24,904 nt of DNA, from NCBI GenBank assembly GCA_041288095.1, contig JBGGMJ010000045.1, positions 1 through 24,904 of the forward strand, written 5' to 3'. Positions within the stretch are counted from its first letter, which is position 1; each line of letters opens with the position of its first letter. Of this stretch, positions 17,038 through 24,904 are shown in pieces. The notes under the pieces were generated by a model, which was not told where the DNA came from, made no database searches, and saw only the letters and a list, made by a program, of their open reading frames with translations. Origin of the DNA: Myxococcota bacterium (GTDB lineage: Bacteria; Myxococcota; XYA12-FULL-58-9; JALHOP01). The position numbers were made by a program, and so were the translations under genes.

Positions 17038-18426
17038 GTGAAACGACCGCAAGGGCTCGAGACCTTTTTGACGCGTATCGGCAAGACCTTGGGCAACCGG
17101 GTCTCGACCGAGCCTCACGCTCTGACCGCTGCAGCGGGCGACGAGTCCGGCCTCCCTGACGGCATGCCATCCGCGGTGGTCAAACCACTCACCGTCGAAG
17201 AGGTATCGCTGGTGGCGCGCGAAGCCCACGACCTCGGCGTGCCGCTGATCGCGCGCGGCGGCGGCACCGGGAAAGCAGGCGCGGGCATCCCTACCGAGGG
17301 CGAGGTCGTCGTCGATCTCACCGGCATGAACAAGATCCTCGAGATGCGCCCGCAAGACCTCTACATGGTGGTCCAGCCCGGCTTGATCACCCGCGAGGTC
17401 GACCGCGCCGCCAACGAGCATGGCTTGTTCTTCCCACCTGATCCGTCGAGTTGGGAGTCATCGACCATCGGCGGCAACATCGCGACTAACGCCGGCGGCC
17501 CACGCGCGGTGAAATACGGCGTCACCCAGCGTTATGTCTGGGGCCTGCAAATGGTGCTTGCCGGAGGCGACGTGATTCGCACGGGCAAGCACTCGCTCAA
17601 GGGTGTCGTCGGGCTCGACCTCACGTCGCTCATCGTCGGCTCCGAAGGCACCTTGGGCCTGGTTACCGAGGCGACCCTCCACATCATCCCGGCGCCGCGC
17701 GCCGTAGAGACCGCCTGGCTCGACTTCGCCGACGTGCACGTCGCCTCGAAAGCGGCGGAGAAGATCTTCGCCGCCGGCTTCACGCCACGCATGATGGAGC
17801 TGCTCGACCCCGTGGCTATCGACGTGGTGCGCCCGAAGGTGGCGTTCCCAATCGATGCATCCGCTAAAGCGTGCATGCTACTCGAGGCCGACGGCGACGC
17901 GGAGCGCGCCGAGAGCGATCTCCTGAAGATGTGCGAGCTCGCGGTCGAGGCCGGCGCTCTGAACGCCATCATCGGTCGCAGCGACAAAGAACGCGACAAT
18001 CTGCGGCGCGGCCGCCGCTTGGTATCGAGCTCGCTCAAGGAACGTTATCCGCTCAAGTTCTCCGACGACATCGCGGTCCCGCGTAGCCGTATCGCCGATC
18101 TGCTCGAGCAGACCGCCACCGCCGCCGAGAAGACCGGAATGCGCACCGCCGCCTATGGGCATCTGGGCGATGGCAACCTGCACATCAACTTCCTCTGCGA
18201 GTCGCAGGAGCAGCGAAAATCGGCGAGCGCCGTGCGCCTGGAGCTGATGAAGCGCGTCGTCTCGATGGGCGGCACCATGAGCGGCGAGCACGGGGTTGGT
18301 CTGACGAAGCGCGACGAGCTCGAGCTCGAGCAATCGCGCGAGGTCATCGCGTTGCAGCGCCGTATCAAGGCGGTGTTCGACCCCAAGAACATCATGAATC
18401 CTGGGAAAGTATGGCCCGCGCTCTAG
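17038..18426 (+). CDS. FAD-linked oxidase, GlcD / D-lactate dehydrogenase-like
   Basis: RGGGTG, PPDPSS, TIGGNIATNAGG..AVKYGVT, GSEGTLG, GHLGDGNLH, GEHGVG, DPKNIMNPGK. Confidence 0.9.
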   Translation: MKRPQGLETFLTRIGKTLGNRVSTEPHALTAAAGDESGLPDGMPSAVVKPLTVEEVSLVAREAHDLGVPLIARGGGTGKAGAGIPTEGEVVVDLTGMNKILEMRPQDLYMVVQPGLITREVDRAANEHGLFFPPDPSSWESSTIGGNIATNAGGPRAVKYGVTQRYVWGLQMVLAGGDVIRTGKHSLKGVVGLDLTSLIVGSEGTLGLVTEATLHIIPAPRAVETAWLDFADVHVASKAAEKIFAAGFTPRMMELLDPVAIDVVRPKVAFPIDASAKACMLLEADGDAERAESDLLKMCELAVEAGALNAIIGRSDKERDNLRRGRRLVSSSLKERYPLKFSDDIAVPRSRIADLLEQTATAAEKTGMRTAAYGHLGDGNLHINFLCESQEQRKSASAVRLELMKRVVSMGGTMSGEHGVGLTKRDELELEQSREVIALQRRIKAVFDPKNIMNPGKVWPAL

Positions 18427-18478
18427 TTCGCTCTATTTCGGTCTTGACGCCGCGATCCCTGTCCGATCTAACGGACGC

Positions 18479-19288
18479 GTGAAGGGCACCGTCGGCGAAA
18501 TTCGCGAGAAGCTGCCGGAGATATCGGACCGGAGCCTGCGCGGACTCGCCAAAGACGAGCGTGCCGGAGTCCGCGACCTTGCGTCACGTGAGCTCGCTCG
18601 CCGGCGTGCCGAACGCGAACACGCGGCGGCCGAGGCCGAGCGCGTCGCTTGCATGCTCAATTACGAGCGTCCGCTTTGGCAGTCAGGCCTCTTGGTGGCC
18701 GGCTGCGACGAAGTCGGTACGGGCCCTCTTGCCGGCCCAGTGGTCGCCGCCGCGGTCATCTTGCCGGCGGGCACCTCGATTGCCGGCATCGACGACAGCA
18801 AGAAGCTCGACGCGCCGACGCGCGAGCGCCTCGCGGTCGAGATCCGCGCGTGCGCCGTGGCCTTCTCCATCGCCAGCTGTGACGTCGAGATCATCGATCG
18901 TTTGAACATCTACCATGCCGCCTTGGAAGCGATGCGCCGAGCCGTCACCGGGCTCACGGCGGCCCCGCAGCATGTGTTGGTCGATGCGCGCCGCGTACCG
19001 GGCCTCTCGTGTCAGCAGACGCCCATCGTGAAGGGCGATTCGCTATCGCAATCCATCGCCGCGGCCGCGATCTTGGCGAAGGTTCATCGCGACGACCTCA
19101 TGCTTCGCTATAGCGAACAGTATCCCGGCTACGGATTCCACTCGCACAAAGGGTACAGCGCCCCCGAGCACTTCGCGGCGCTCGACAAGCTGGGTCCGTG
19201 CGCCATTCATCGGCGCTCGTTCGCTCCCGTCGCCGAGCGCCTGGGGCTACGGCCGTCACCTTCGGCGCAACTCGCCCTCGGCCTCTAG
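18479..19288 (+). CDS. rnhB: Ribonuclease HII with N-terminal helical extension
   Basis: GCDEVG.GPLAGPVVAAAV, DDSKKL, LVDA, KGDS.S.SIAAA.ILAKV.RD, HKGY, HRRSF. Confidence 0.93.
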   Translation: MKGTVGEIREKLPEISDRSLRGLAKDERAGVRDLASRELARRRAEREHAAAEAERVACMLNYERPLWQSGLLVAGCDEVGTGPLAGPVVAAAVILPAGTSIAGIDDSKKLDAPTRERLAVEIRACAVAFSIASCDVEIIDRLNIYHAALEAMRRAVTGLTAAPQHVLVDARRVPGLSCQQTPIVKGDSLSQSIAAAAILAKVHRDDLMLRYSEQYPGYGFHSHKGYSAPEHFAALDKLGPCAIHRRSFAPVAERLGLRPSPSAQLALGL

Positions 19289-19560
19289 TTGAGGTCCTTG
19301 CGGATCGGCGGCGAAGGTTCCTGGGTCTGCGTGTCGCGTTTGTAGTCACGGATCGTGCGTAGGACTGCCCGCGTGGCAGCCCCAAAGCCGATGATCATGC
19401 CTACCCACATCAGCACCGGTGTCGTGTCGAACTTGCGATCGAGCCAAATGCCCAGCCAGGTGCATCCGCCGACCTCCATGGTCATTTCGATGCCGAGGGC
19501 CGAGTACTTACCGGCAATCCTCCACATCTTCTGAGACTCGGAGAGCTGAGGCATTGGCAT
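19285..19560 (-). CDS. AtpZ/AtpI (ATPase_gene1)-family small membrane protein
   Basis: Two hydrophobic helices around the signature LGIWLDRKFDTTPVLMWVGMIIGFGAA. Confidence 0.75.
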   Translation of the reverse strand: MPMPQLSESQKMWRIAGKYSALGIEMTMEVGGCTWLGIWLDRKFDTTPVLMWVGMIIGFGAATRAVLRTIRDYKRDTQTQEPSPPIRKDLN

Positions 19561-19629
19561 GTTCTAGCTCGCGATGTCGACTGGAACCAACGGTGAAGAT
19601 CGTGGAAGCTGTGAGGGCATTCCTGCCCC

Positions 19630-22600
19630 ATGACGACCCCCTCCCTCCCGTTCATGTCGCGCATCGGCCTGCTCTCGGCGCTGCTGGCTTTTGCTGCTTG
19701 CGATGCTTCGTTCCTTCACGATGTCGAGACGCGCCGCGACGCGACGGACCGTGGCTGCCCGGCGCCGACCGATGGCGCCAATGACGTGGCGTTGGTGCTC
19801 GAGAGCAACGGCTCGGTCACCGTGAGCTGGACGACAACCGCGACCAACGCCGACCGTTTCTTCGTCGAGCGTCAGTCGTCGCGCGAGCCGACCTGGGGTG
19901 AGATTGGCGAGGTCACCGGGCTCGGTTTCAACGATGATCGCGTGGAAAACGACGAAGAGTATGGTTACCGCGTCAGCGCCGCGCGCGCCGCGGGCGGCAG
20001 CACCTGCGTCACGCCCGCGAGCGAGCCGGTCATCATTCGTACGACGCCCCTGCCGGCGGACGCCTTCCTCGGACGTGGCACCGCCGTCGGTGAGATCACT
20101 CTCTCCTGGGACGACCCGAACACCTTCGAGGACGGTTGGCGCGTGGTCCGTCGCGATTCCGGCGGCGCGACGATGCAGATCCCCGACCTAGCCGCGAACG
20201 CGACCTCGCTGGTGGACAGCGGTGTCACGCCCGGCACCGTCTACACTTACGAAATCGTCGCCTTCAATGTGAGCGGTAACAGCGCGGTCGCGAGCATCGA
20301 CCAGCGCGCCGTGACACCGGCGGTCCTCGCCTGGACCGCGCCGCCGACGCTCGACGGTCAATGCATTCTCGAGGTGTTCGGCAACGCCACCTACGATTCG
20401 GGTGCGACGTTCGCTTCCTCGGTCGGCCTCATCGACGGCGTCGAGACCTTGGGCACCGCCGGCGGTTTCAGCGGACCCGTCGATCCCGCCACCAGCGGGA
20501 CACTCGCGACCGAGTGGATCGTCGATGACTCCGCGGGTGGCCAGTCTTCGCTATCGCGGACCTTGAACGTCACCCAGACGACCTTGAACGTCTCGCTGTG
20601 GCGTCAACGCGGCGTCAGCGAGCTGACCGGCGAGGGCTATCAACCCATCCAACCGGTGTGCGGCAACTGTTCCACCACGGCGCCGGCGAGCATCGCCATG
20701 GGCGCGACGTTCGCCTGTGAGGTGACCCCGACCGGTCAAGTGTCGTGTTGGGGCGGCGACGATTACACCCAGCTCGGCCAAGGCGCCGTCGGTAACCTCT
20801 ACGATGCCGTGCGCCCATGCGCGCAAGGCCTGCCGGGTACCTGCGACAATCAGCCGTTCAGACCGACCGCGGTCTCGGCTGGCAACGCCACGGCCTGCGC
20901 CATCAGCGCCGATGGGCACGCCTGGTGCTGGGGCGAGTCGAGCACGCTCATGCTCGGCACGGGCGCGACCGAAGATGTCGATCGCCCGGTCGAGGTCTGT
21001 GCGAACGCTGGCTGCACGGCGGCTTTGACGGGGGTCACCCAAATCTCCGTCGGTCCGACCGCCGCGTGTGCGATAGCGGCCAGCAACGAAGTGTGGTGCT
21101 GGGGTGAAGACCTCGCGAACGGCACCTACCACATGCCGGAGCCCGTCTGTGTGAGCGGCACGCTACCTGGGTGCACGCGTTTCACCGCGCAAGAGGTCTC
21201 CGTCGGCGATTCCACCGTGTGCGCGCGTCGCGCCGGCGAGGTGTTTTGCTGGGGCCAGAACTACTCCAACATCTTCGGCAACGACGGAGGTGGCACGACG
21301 CCCGGTCCGAGCGCGACTCCAGTCGCCGTCTGCGTGAGCCATAGCGGCGCGTCATGCACCGACACACTCGACGGCGTCGTCGAGATCGATGTGGGATCGA
21401 GCTTTGCGTGCGCGCGGCGGACCGATCAGACGGTGGTCTGCTGGGGCTCGAACTCCGACGGGCGTCTCGGCCGGGCATCCGCGAACGGCAGCGAGGAGAT
21501 CCCGGCGCCGGTGTGCACCGCTGGAAGCGCCGGCACGTGCAGTCAGACTCTGAGCGGCGTGGTGAGCGTGGACTTGGGGTCCGACCACGCCTGCGCCATC
21601 GTCGGCGCGTCGCGCGAGGCGTATTGCTGGGGCGACAACAGCTACTACCAAGCGACCACGTCCGCGAACGATCACGATGTCGCGACTGCCGTCTGCGCCA
21701 GCGGAACACCGCCGAGCTGTCCGCCCGTCGCCAACGTCGCGACGATCACCGCGAGCGCCGATCAATCGTGCGCGGCTCTCACCGATGGCAGCGCCGTTTG
21801 CTGGGGCTACTACGCAGCGAGCGGCAATCCCGAGCTGCCGGCGGTCGACGGCGAGCCGCTGCCGGTCTGCCGCGATGGTGGTGGCCCCGCATGCACCGGC
21901 ATCGCGAACGTCACGAGCATCACGTCGGGTCGCTACTTTGCGTGCGCCATAGCGGGCGAGGGCTTGCTTTGCTGGGGTGACAACGACTCCGGCGAGCTCG
22001 CTGTGCCGCGTGCCGCCGAGTCGCGCCTCGCCGGCACCGTGCTCATCGGCACCGGCGCCGACGCCGCGCCGCTCACCAACGTTCGCATGGTGCAGGCCGG
22101 CTTCCACACCGCCTGCGCCATCCGCACCGACGGCAGCATTTGGTGCTGGGGAGAAAACTACGACGGTCGTCTCGGTGTCAGCGACCAGGGTTACGGAGAT
22201 GCCCGCGGCTTCGCGCGGCCTGTCTGTGTCACCGGCACCGGCGCCACCTGTGCGTCGTTCACGGATGCTGTTTCGGTCGCGATGGGCAGCCATCACGCGT
22301 GCGCGGTGACCGCCGCCGGCGAAGCATGGTGCTGGGGCGCCGAGGATTGCGGTGAGCTCGGCCGCAACAACATCGCAGCCTGCGACGCCGACAGCGAGTT
22401 CGATGCCTACGACGGCTACGAGACTCGCCCGCGTCCGCAACGCGTCTACCGCGATGAAGGTGGCCTGCCGATTACCAACGTCGCCGAGATCGGCGCCGGC
22501 CGCGATCTGACCTGTCTGCTATTGCAGAACGGCGAGGTCCATTGCTTCGGCGAGAACGCCTACGGCCGCTTGGGCCTGGGCACCGCCGTCGCCAACGCCG

Positions 22601-23268
22601 CCGTGCCACGTCGTGTTTGCGACAACACCTCGGGTATCTGTGTGCCGATCGGCGGCCGCATCGCCCTGCGCGTCGGTAAATACGAGGTCTGCGCCATCGG
22701 TGATGATGGCGGCGTCATGTGCTGGGGCGCCGACGAGTGCGGTGAGCTCGGCAACCCGCAAGTGACCTCGTGCGTGGACGGTCGCTCTCGCAACAGTGCG
22801 CGCCCGGTGTGCGCCGGCCCGCCGCCTTGCGCACCGGTCACCGATGTCGTCGATGTCGCACTCGGCATTCGCTACGCCTGCGTCCTGCAGACGAACCGGC
22901 AGGTGTCGTGCTGGGGCGAGCATTATTGGGGACAGGTCGGTCACAACACCGACACGTTCGATGAAGACGAAGCGCGCTTCAGCGGCACCGTTCTCGCGTG
23001 TACGAACGCCTGCAACGCCGCGTGCTCGACACCGCTTGCCAACGTGGTGGCGATTGCCGCCGAAGACTCGACGACCTGCGCCGTGCTCGCCGACGGCACG
23101 ACACATTGCTGGGGCTATAGCGGCTTCCGCGAGACGGGCTCGGCCGACGCCATCGGTTGGACCTGTTCGGCGCTTCCGAGCTGCGCCAGTGGCGACTACG
23201 CGACCTGTGTGCCGAACGACGTTGGCGATACCAAGACATGCCAGTCGCTCGCCGTGGAGGTGCCATGA
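19630..23268 (+). CDS. Large Cys-rich lipoprotein: two FN3 domains plus 14 RCC1-like repeats
   Basis: Lipobox-like LAFAAC (start may be ATG 19654); FN3 motifs VSW...YGYRVSA and LSW...YTYEIVAFN; 14 C(W/F)G repeats with GxxHACA-type strands. Confidence 0.9.
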   Translation: MTTPSLPFMSRIGLLSALLAFAACDASFLHDVETRRDATDRGCPAPTDGANDVALVLESNGSVTVSWTTTATNADRFFVERQSSREPTWGEIGEVTGLGFNDDRVENDEEYGYRVSAARAAGGSTCVTPASEPVIIRTTPLPADAFLGRGTAVGEITLSWDDPNTFEDGWRVVRRDSGGATMQIPDLAANATSLVDSGVTPGTVYTYEIVAFNVSGNSAVASIDQRAVTPAVLAWTAPPTLDGQCILEVFGNATYDSGATFASSVGLIDGVETLGTAGGFSGPVDPATSGTLATEWIVDDSAGGQSSLSRTLNVTQTTLNVSLWRQRGVSELTGEGYQPIQPVCGNCSTTAPASIAMGATFACEVTPTGQVSCWGGDDYTQLGQGAVGNLYDAVRPCAQGLPGTCDNQPFRPTAVSAGNATACAISADGHAWCWGESSTLMLGTGATEDVDRPVEVCANAGCTAALTGVTQISVGPTAACAIAASNEVWCWGEDLANGTYHMPEPVCVSGTLPGCTRFTAQEVSVGDSTVCARRAGEVFCWGQNYSNIFGNDGGGTTPGPSATPVAVCVSHSGASCTDTLDGVVEIDVGSSFACARRTDQTVVCWGSNSDGRLGRASANGSEEIPAPVCTAGSAGTCSQTLSGVVSVDLGSDHACAIVGASREAYCWGDNSYYQATTSANDHDVATAVCASGTPPSCPPVANVATITASADQSCAALTDGSAVCWGYYAASGNPELPAVDGEPLPVCRDGGGPACTGIANVTSITSGRYFACAIAGEGLLCWGDNDSGELAVPRAAESRLAGTVLIGTGADAAPLTNVRMVQAGFHTACAIRTDGSIWCWGENYDGRLGVSDQGYGDARGFARPVCVTGTGATCASFTDAVSVAMGSHHACAVTAAGEAWCWGAEDCGELGRNNIAACDADSEFDAYDGYETRPRPQRVYRDEGGLPITNVAEIGAGRDLTCLLLQNGEVHCFGENAYGRLGLGTAVANAAVPRRVCDNTSGICVPIGGRIALRVGKYEVCAIGDDGGVMCWGADECGELGNPQVTSCVDGRSRNSARPVCAGPPPCAPVTDVVDVALGIRYACVLQTNRQVSCWGEHYWGQVGHNTDTFDEDEARFSGTVLACTNACNAACSTPLANVVAIAAEDSTTCAVLADGTTHCWGYSGFRETGSADAIGWTCSALPSCASGDYATCVPNDVGDTKTCQSLAVEVP

Positions 23269-24542
23269 GGAGGTTGTTGCTCCTGCTGCTCGCGGCTCTC
23301 CTGGTGGCGAGCCCCGCCGACGCCGCCAAGAAAAAGAAGGGTAAAAAGGGCAAGCGCGCCAAAACGACGCAGACCCAGCCCAAGAAGCGCAAGGAGCCCT
23401 ACAAGCCTCTGCCGACGGTCGCCGAGCAGCCACGCATCGTCGAGACGCCGCCGCCCCAGCCCGAGGTCTTCGTCGACACCCAGAAGCTCAAGCTCATGAC
23501 TGTCCGCTTTAGCGGCAGCGCCGGTGTCGATCCCGTCTTCATCGATGGTTTGACCCAGGCGGTCTCCGAGACACTGGCGCAGATGGGCCCATTCGCCGTC
23601 GCGAGCAGCACCGACGTCCAGCGCATCGTCGAGCACGCCGCCACGCGCCAGATGCTCGGCTGCTCGGACCCATCGTGCTTGGCCGAGCTCGGAACCGCTT
23701 CGGGCGCCGACTACCTCGTGACCGGCAGCGTGACCTTGGCGGGCGACGTCCACGTCTTGCAGCTGCAACTGTTGCGCGTCGACGCGGCCCGGGTCGATGG
23801 ACGTGTTTCGCGGCCATACCAGGGCCCTTCGGACGGCTTGTTCGACGAGGCGCGCGCCGCGGCGAAGCTCCTCGTGCGCGATGTTTTAGCGGAGCGGCAA
23901 GGCCAGCTTGCCATCGTCGTCAAAGAAGAGGGCGCGAGCATCACCATCGACGGTGCGCTGATGGGTGTCTCGCCGTTGCGTGAGCCGGCAACCTTGGCCG
24001 AAGGCTTGCACCGCTTGGAGGTCGAGAAGCAGGGCTTCATCGTGTCGCGCGAGGATGTGATGGTCGAGCGTGAGAAGCAGCTTACGCACCGCGTAACCTT
24101 GCTGCCTTCCGACGAGTGGAAACGCGACTACGCCAATCACGCGCGCTTCGTGCGTCGCGCGGCCTACGTCACCTTGGGCACGGGCATCGCGGCGCTCGGC
24201 GGCGGCGCGGCCTTGTTTTTCGTGGGCAGACAGAAAGCGGATGAGCTCAACCGCGACGTCGCCGCCTACAACGGCAACGACGTTCGCCCAGCAACGATAC
24301 AGGACGACCTCGACAAGAGAGAACGCACGGTGGCGACCCTCGATGTCTTGACGCTGGTCGCGGCGGGCGTCGGCGTCGCGTGTATCACCACCAGCATCGT
24401 GTTGTGGTCGCGCGGCGATGACCCCGACCGCTACGAGATCGTGCCCTCGACCCGGGTGGTGAAGGCGAGTCCGCCATTGCGCTTGGTGAGCGGACGTAGT
24501 GAGCTGGGAACGCAGACGCTCGGGTTGCAGCTCAGATTCTGA
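23265..24542 (+). CDS. PEGA-domain envelope protein with TolB_N/CsgG-like N-terminal domain
   Basis: GGAGG RBS and ATGA overlap; signal peptide; Lys-rich linker; LGCSDPSCLAELG...ADYLVTGSV; PEGA motif GASITIDG..G.SP...GLHRLEVEKQGF; two hydrophobic helices; terminal LGLQLRF. Confidence 0.85.
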   Translation: MRRLLLLLLAALLVASPADAAKKKKGKKGKRAKTTQTQPKKRKEPYKPLPTVAEQPRIVETPPPQPEVFVDTQKLKLMTVRFSGSAGVDPVFIDGLTQAVSETLAQMGPFAVASSTDVQRIVEHAATRQMLGCSDPSCLAELGTASGADYLVTGSVTLAGDVHVLQLQLLRVDAARVDGRVSRPYQGPSDGLFDEARAAAKLLVRDVLAERQGQLAIVVKEEGASITIDGALMGVSPLREPATLAEGLHRLEVEKQGFIVSREDVMVEREKQLTHRVTLLPSDEWKRDYANHARFVRRAAYVTLGTGIAALGGGAALFFVGRQKADELNRDVAAYNGNDVRPATIQDDLDKRERTVATLDVLTLVAAGVGVACITTSIVLWSRGDDPDRYEIVPSTRVVKASPPLRLVSGRSELGTQTLGLQLRF

Positions 24543-24547
24543 CGGGC

Positions 24548-24904
24548 CTACAGCAGCGCGATCAACTCTTTGCAGCTCGAGGCCATCACGTAGTCGACGA
24601 TCTGCTTGCGGCTGTAACCGGTCGCCTCCTCGATGCCGTCGAAGGAGACGCCGTATTCGACCATGGCGTCGGCGATACGACCCGGCGAGTCGAGGTTGGC
24701 CTTCACGAAGGCGGCGATGTCGGCGTTGGAGACGTAAGGCTTCGCGGGCGTCGTCGGCGCATCGCCGCGCTCGACCCCATTCGTGCCGACCACTTCGATC
24801 TCGAACCCGGCAAAGCCCATCACCGACCCGGACTCGTTACGGAGAGCTTCGGCGAGACGCTCGCGGTAGCTCTGCGCGGCCGCGGGGTGCATGTCTTTCC
24901 ACAT
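24548..24904 (-). CDS. Hypothetical protein, C-terminal part only (5' end probably beyond window)
   Basis: Frame is open to the window edge with good codon bias and ends in a small helical module (IAAFVKANLDSPGRIADAMVEYGVS...ATGYS). Confidence 0.65.
   Translation of the reverse strand: MWKDMHPAAAQSYRERLAEALRNESGSVMGFAGFEIEVVGTNGVERGDAPTTPAKPYVSNADIAAFVKANLDSPGRIADAMVEYGVSFDGIEEATGYSRKQIVDYVMASSCKELIALL

Noticed and set aside
18421-18472. 10-bp imperfect tandem repeat (CTCTAGTTCG/CTCTATTTCG) and TTGACG-N17-TCTAAC before rnhB
   Set aside because: Only two short copies, and the -10 box lacks the key A and T; too weak to call.
23328-23363. A-rich low-GC stretch
   Set aside because: Explained by Lys codons of the PEGA protein linker; not a regulatory or slippage tract.
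1-24904. CRISPR arrays, tRNA/rRNA genes, IS elements, prophage or defence genes
   Set aside because: No regular nucleotide repeats, RNA gene signatures, transposase/integrase or nuclease motifs seen; the RCC1 repeats are protein-level and diverged in DNA.

Overview
High-GC bacterial window, very densely coding. The Cys-rich lipoproteins, RCC1/PEGA pair and YHYH protein suggest a Myxococcota/deltaproteobacterium-like organism (inference). I call 24 CDS, two truncated by the window edges, and see no RNA genes, CRISPR arrays or mobile elements. Recognisable genes: two tandem paralogous surface lipoproteins, a cytokinin-dehydrogenase-like FAD oxidase, a pfp-hypothetical-ycaQ operon, an SrkA/RdoA kinase, a GT2-TPR glycosyltransferase, a FadL-like barrel, a six-gene YHYH/ECF-sigma/anti-sigma/CpxP-like operon, a DHH phosphoesterase, a GlcD-like oxidase, RNase HII, an orphan AtpZ/AtpI-type gene and a 14-repeat RCC1 lipoprotein coupled to a PEGA protein. 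The most interesting signal is a shared sigma-28 (FliA/WhiG)-like motif, GCRAC-N14/15-nnCGAYAA, upstream of three stand-alone genes. All three proteins lack signal peptides and have Ser/Thr-rich N-termini, and two carry DSF near residue 40. This suggests a scattered regulon of possible type III-exported proteins (inference only).
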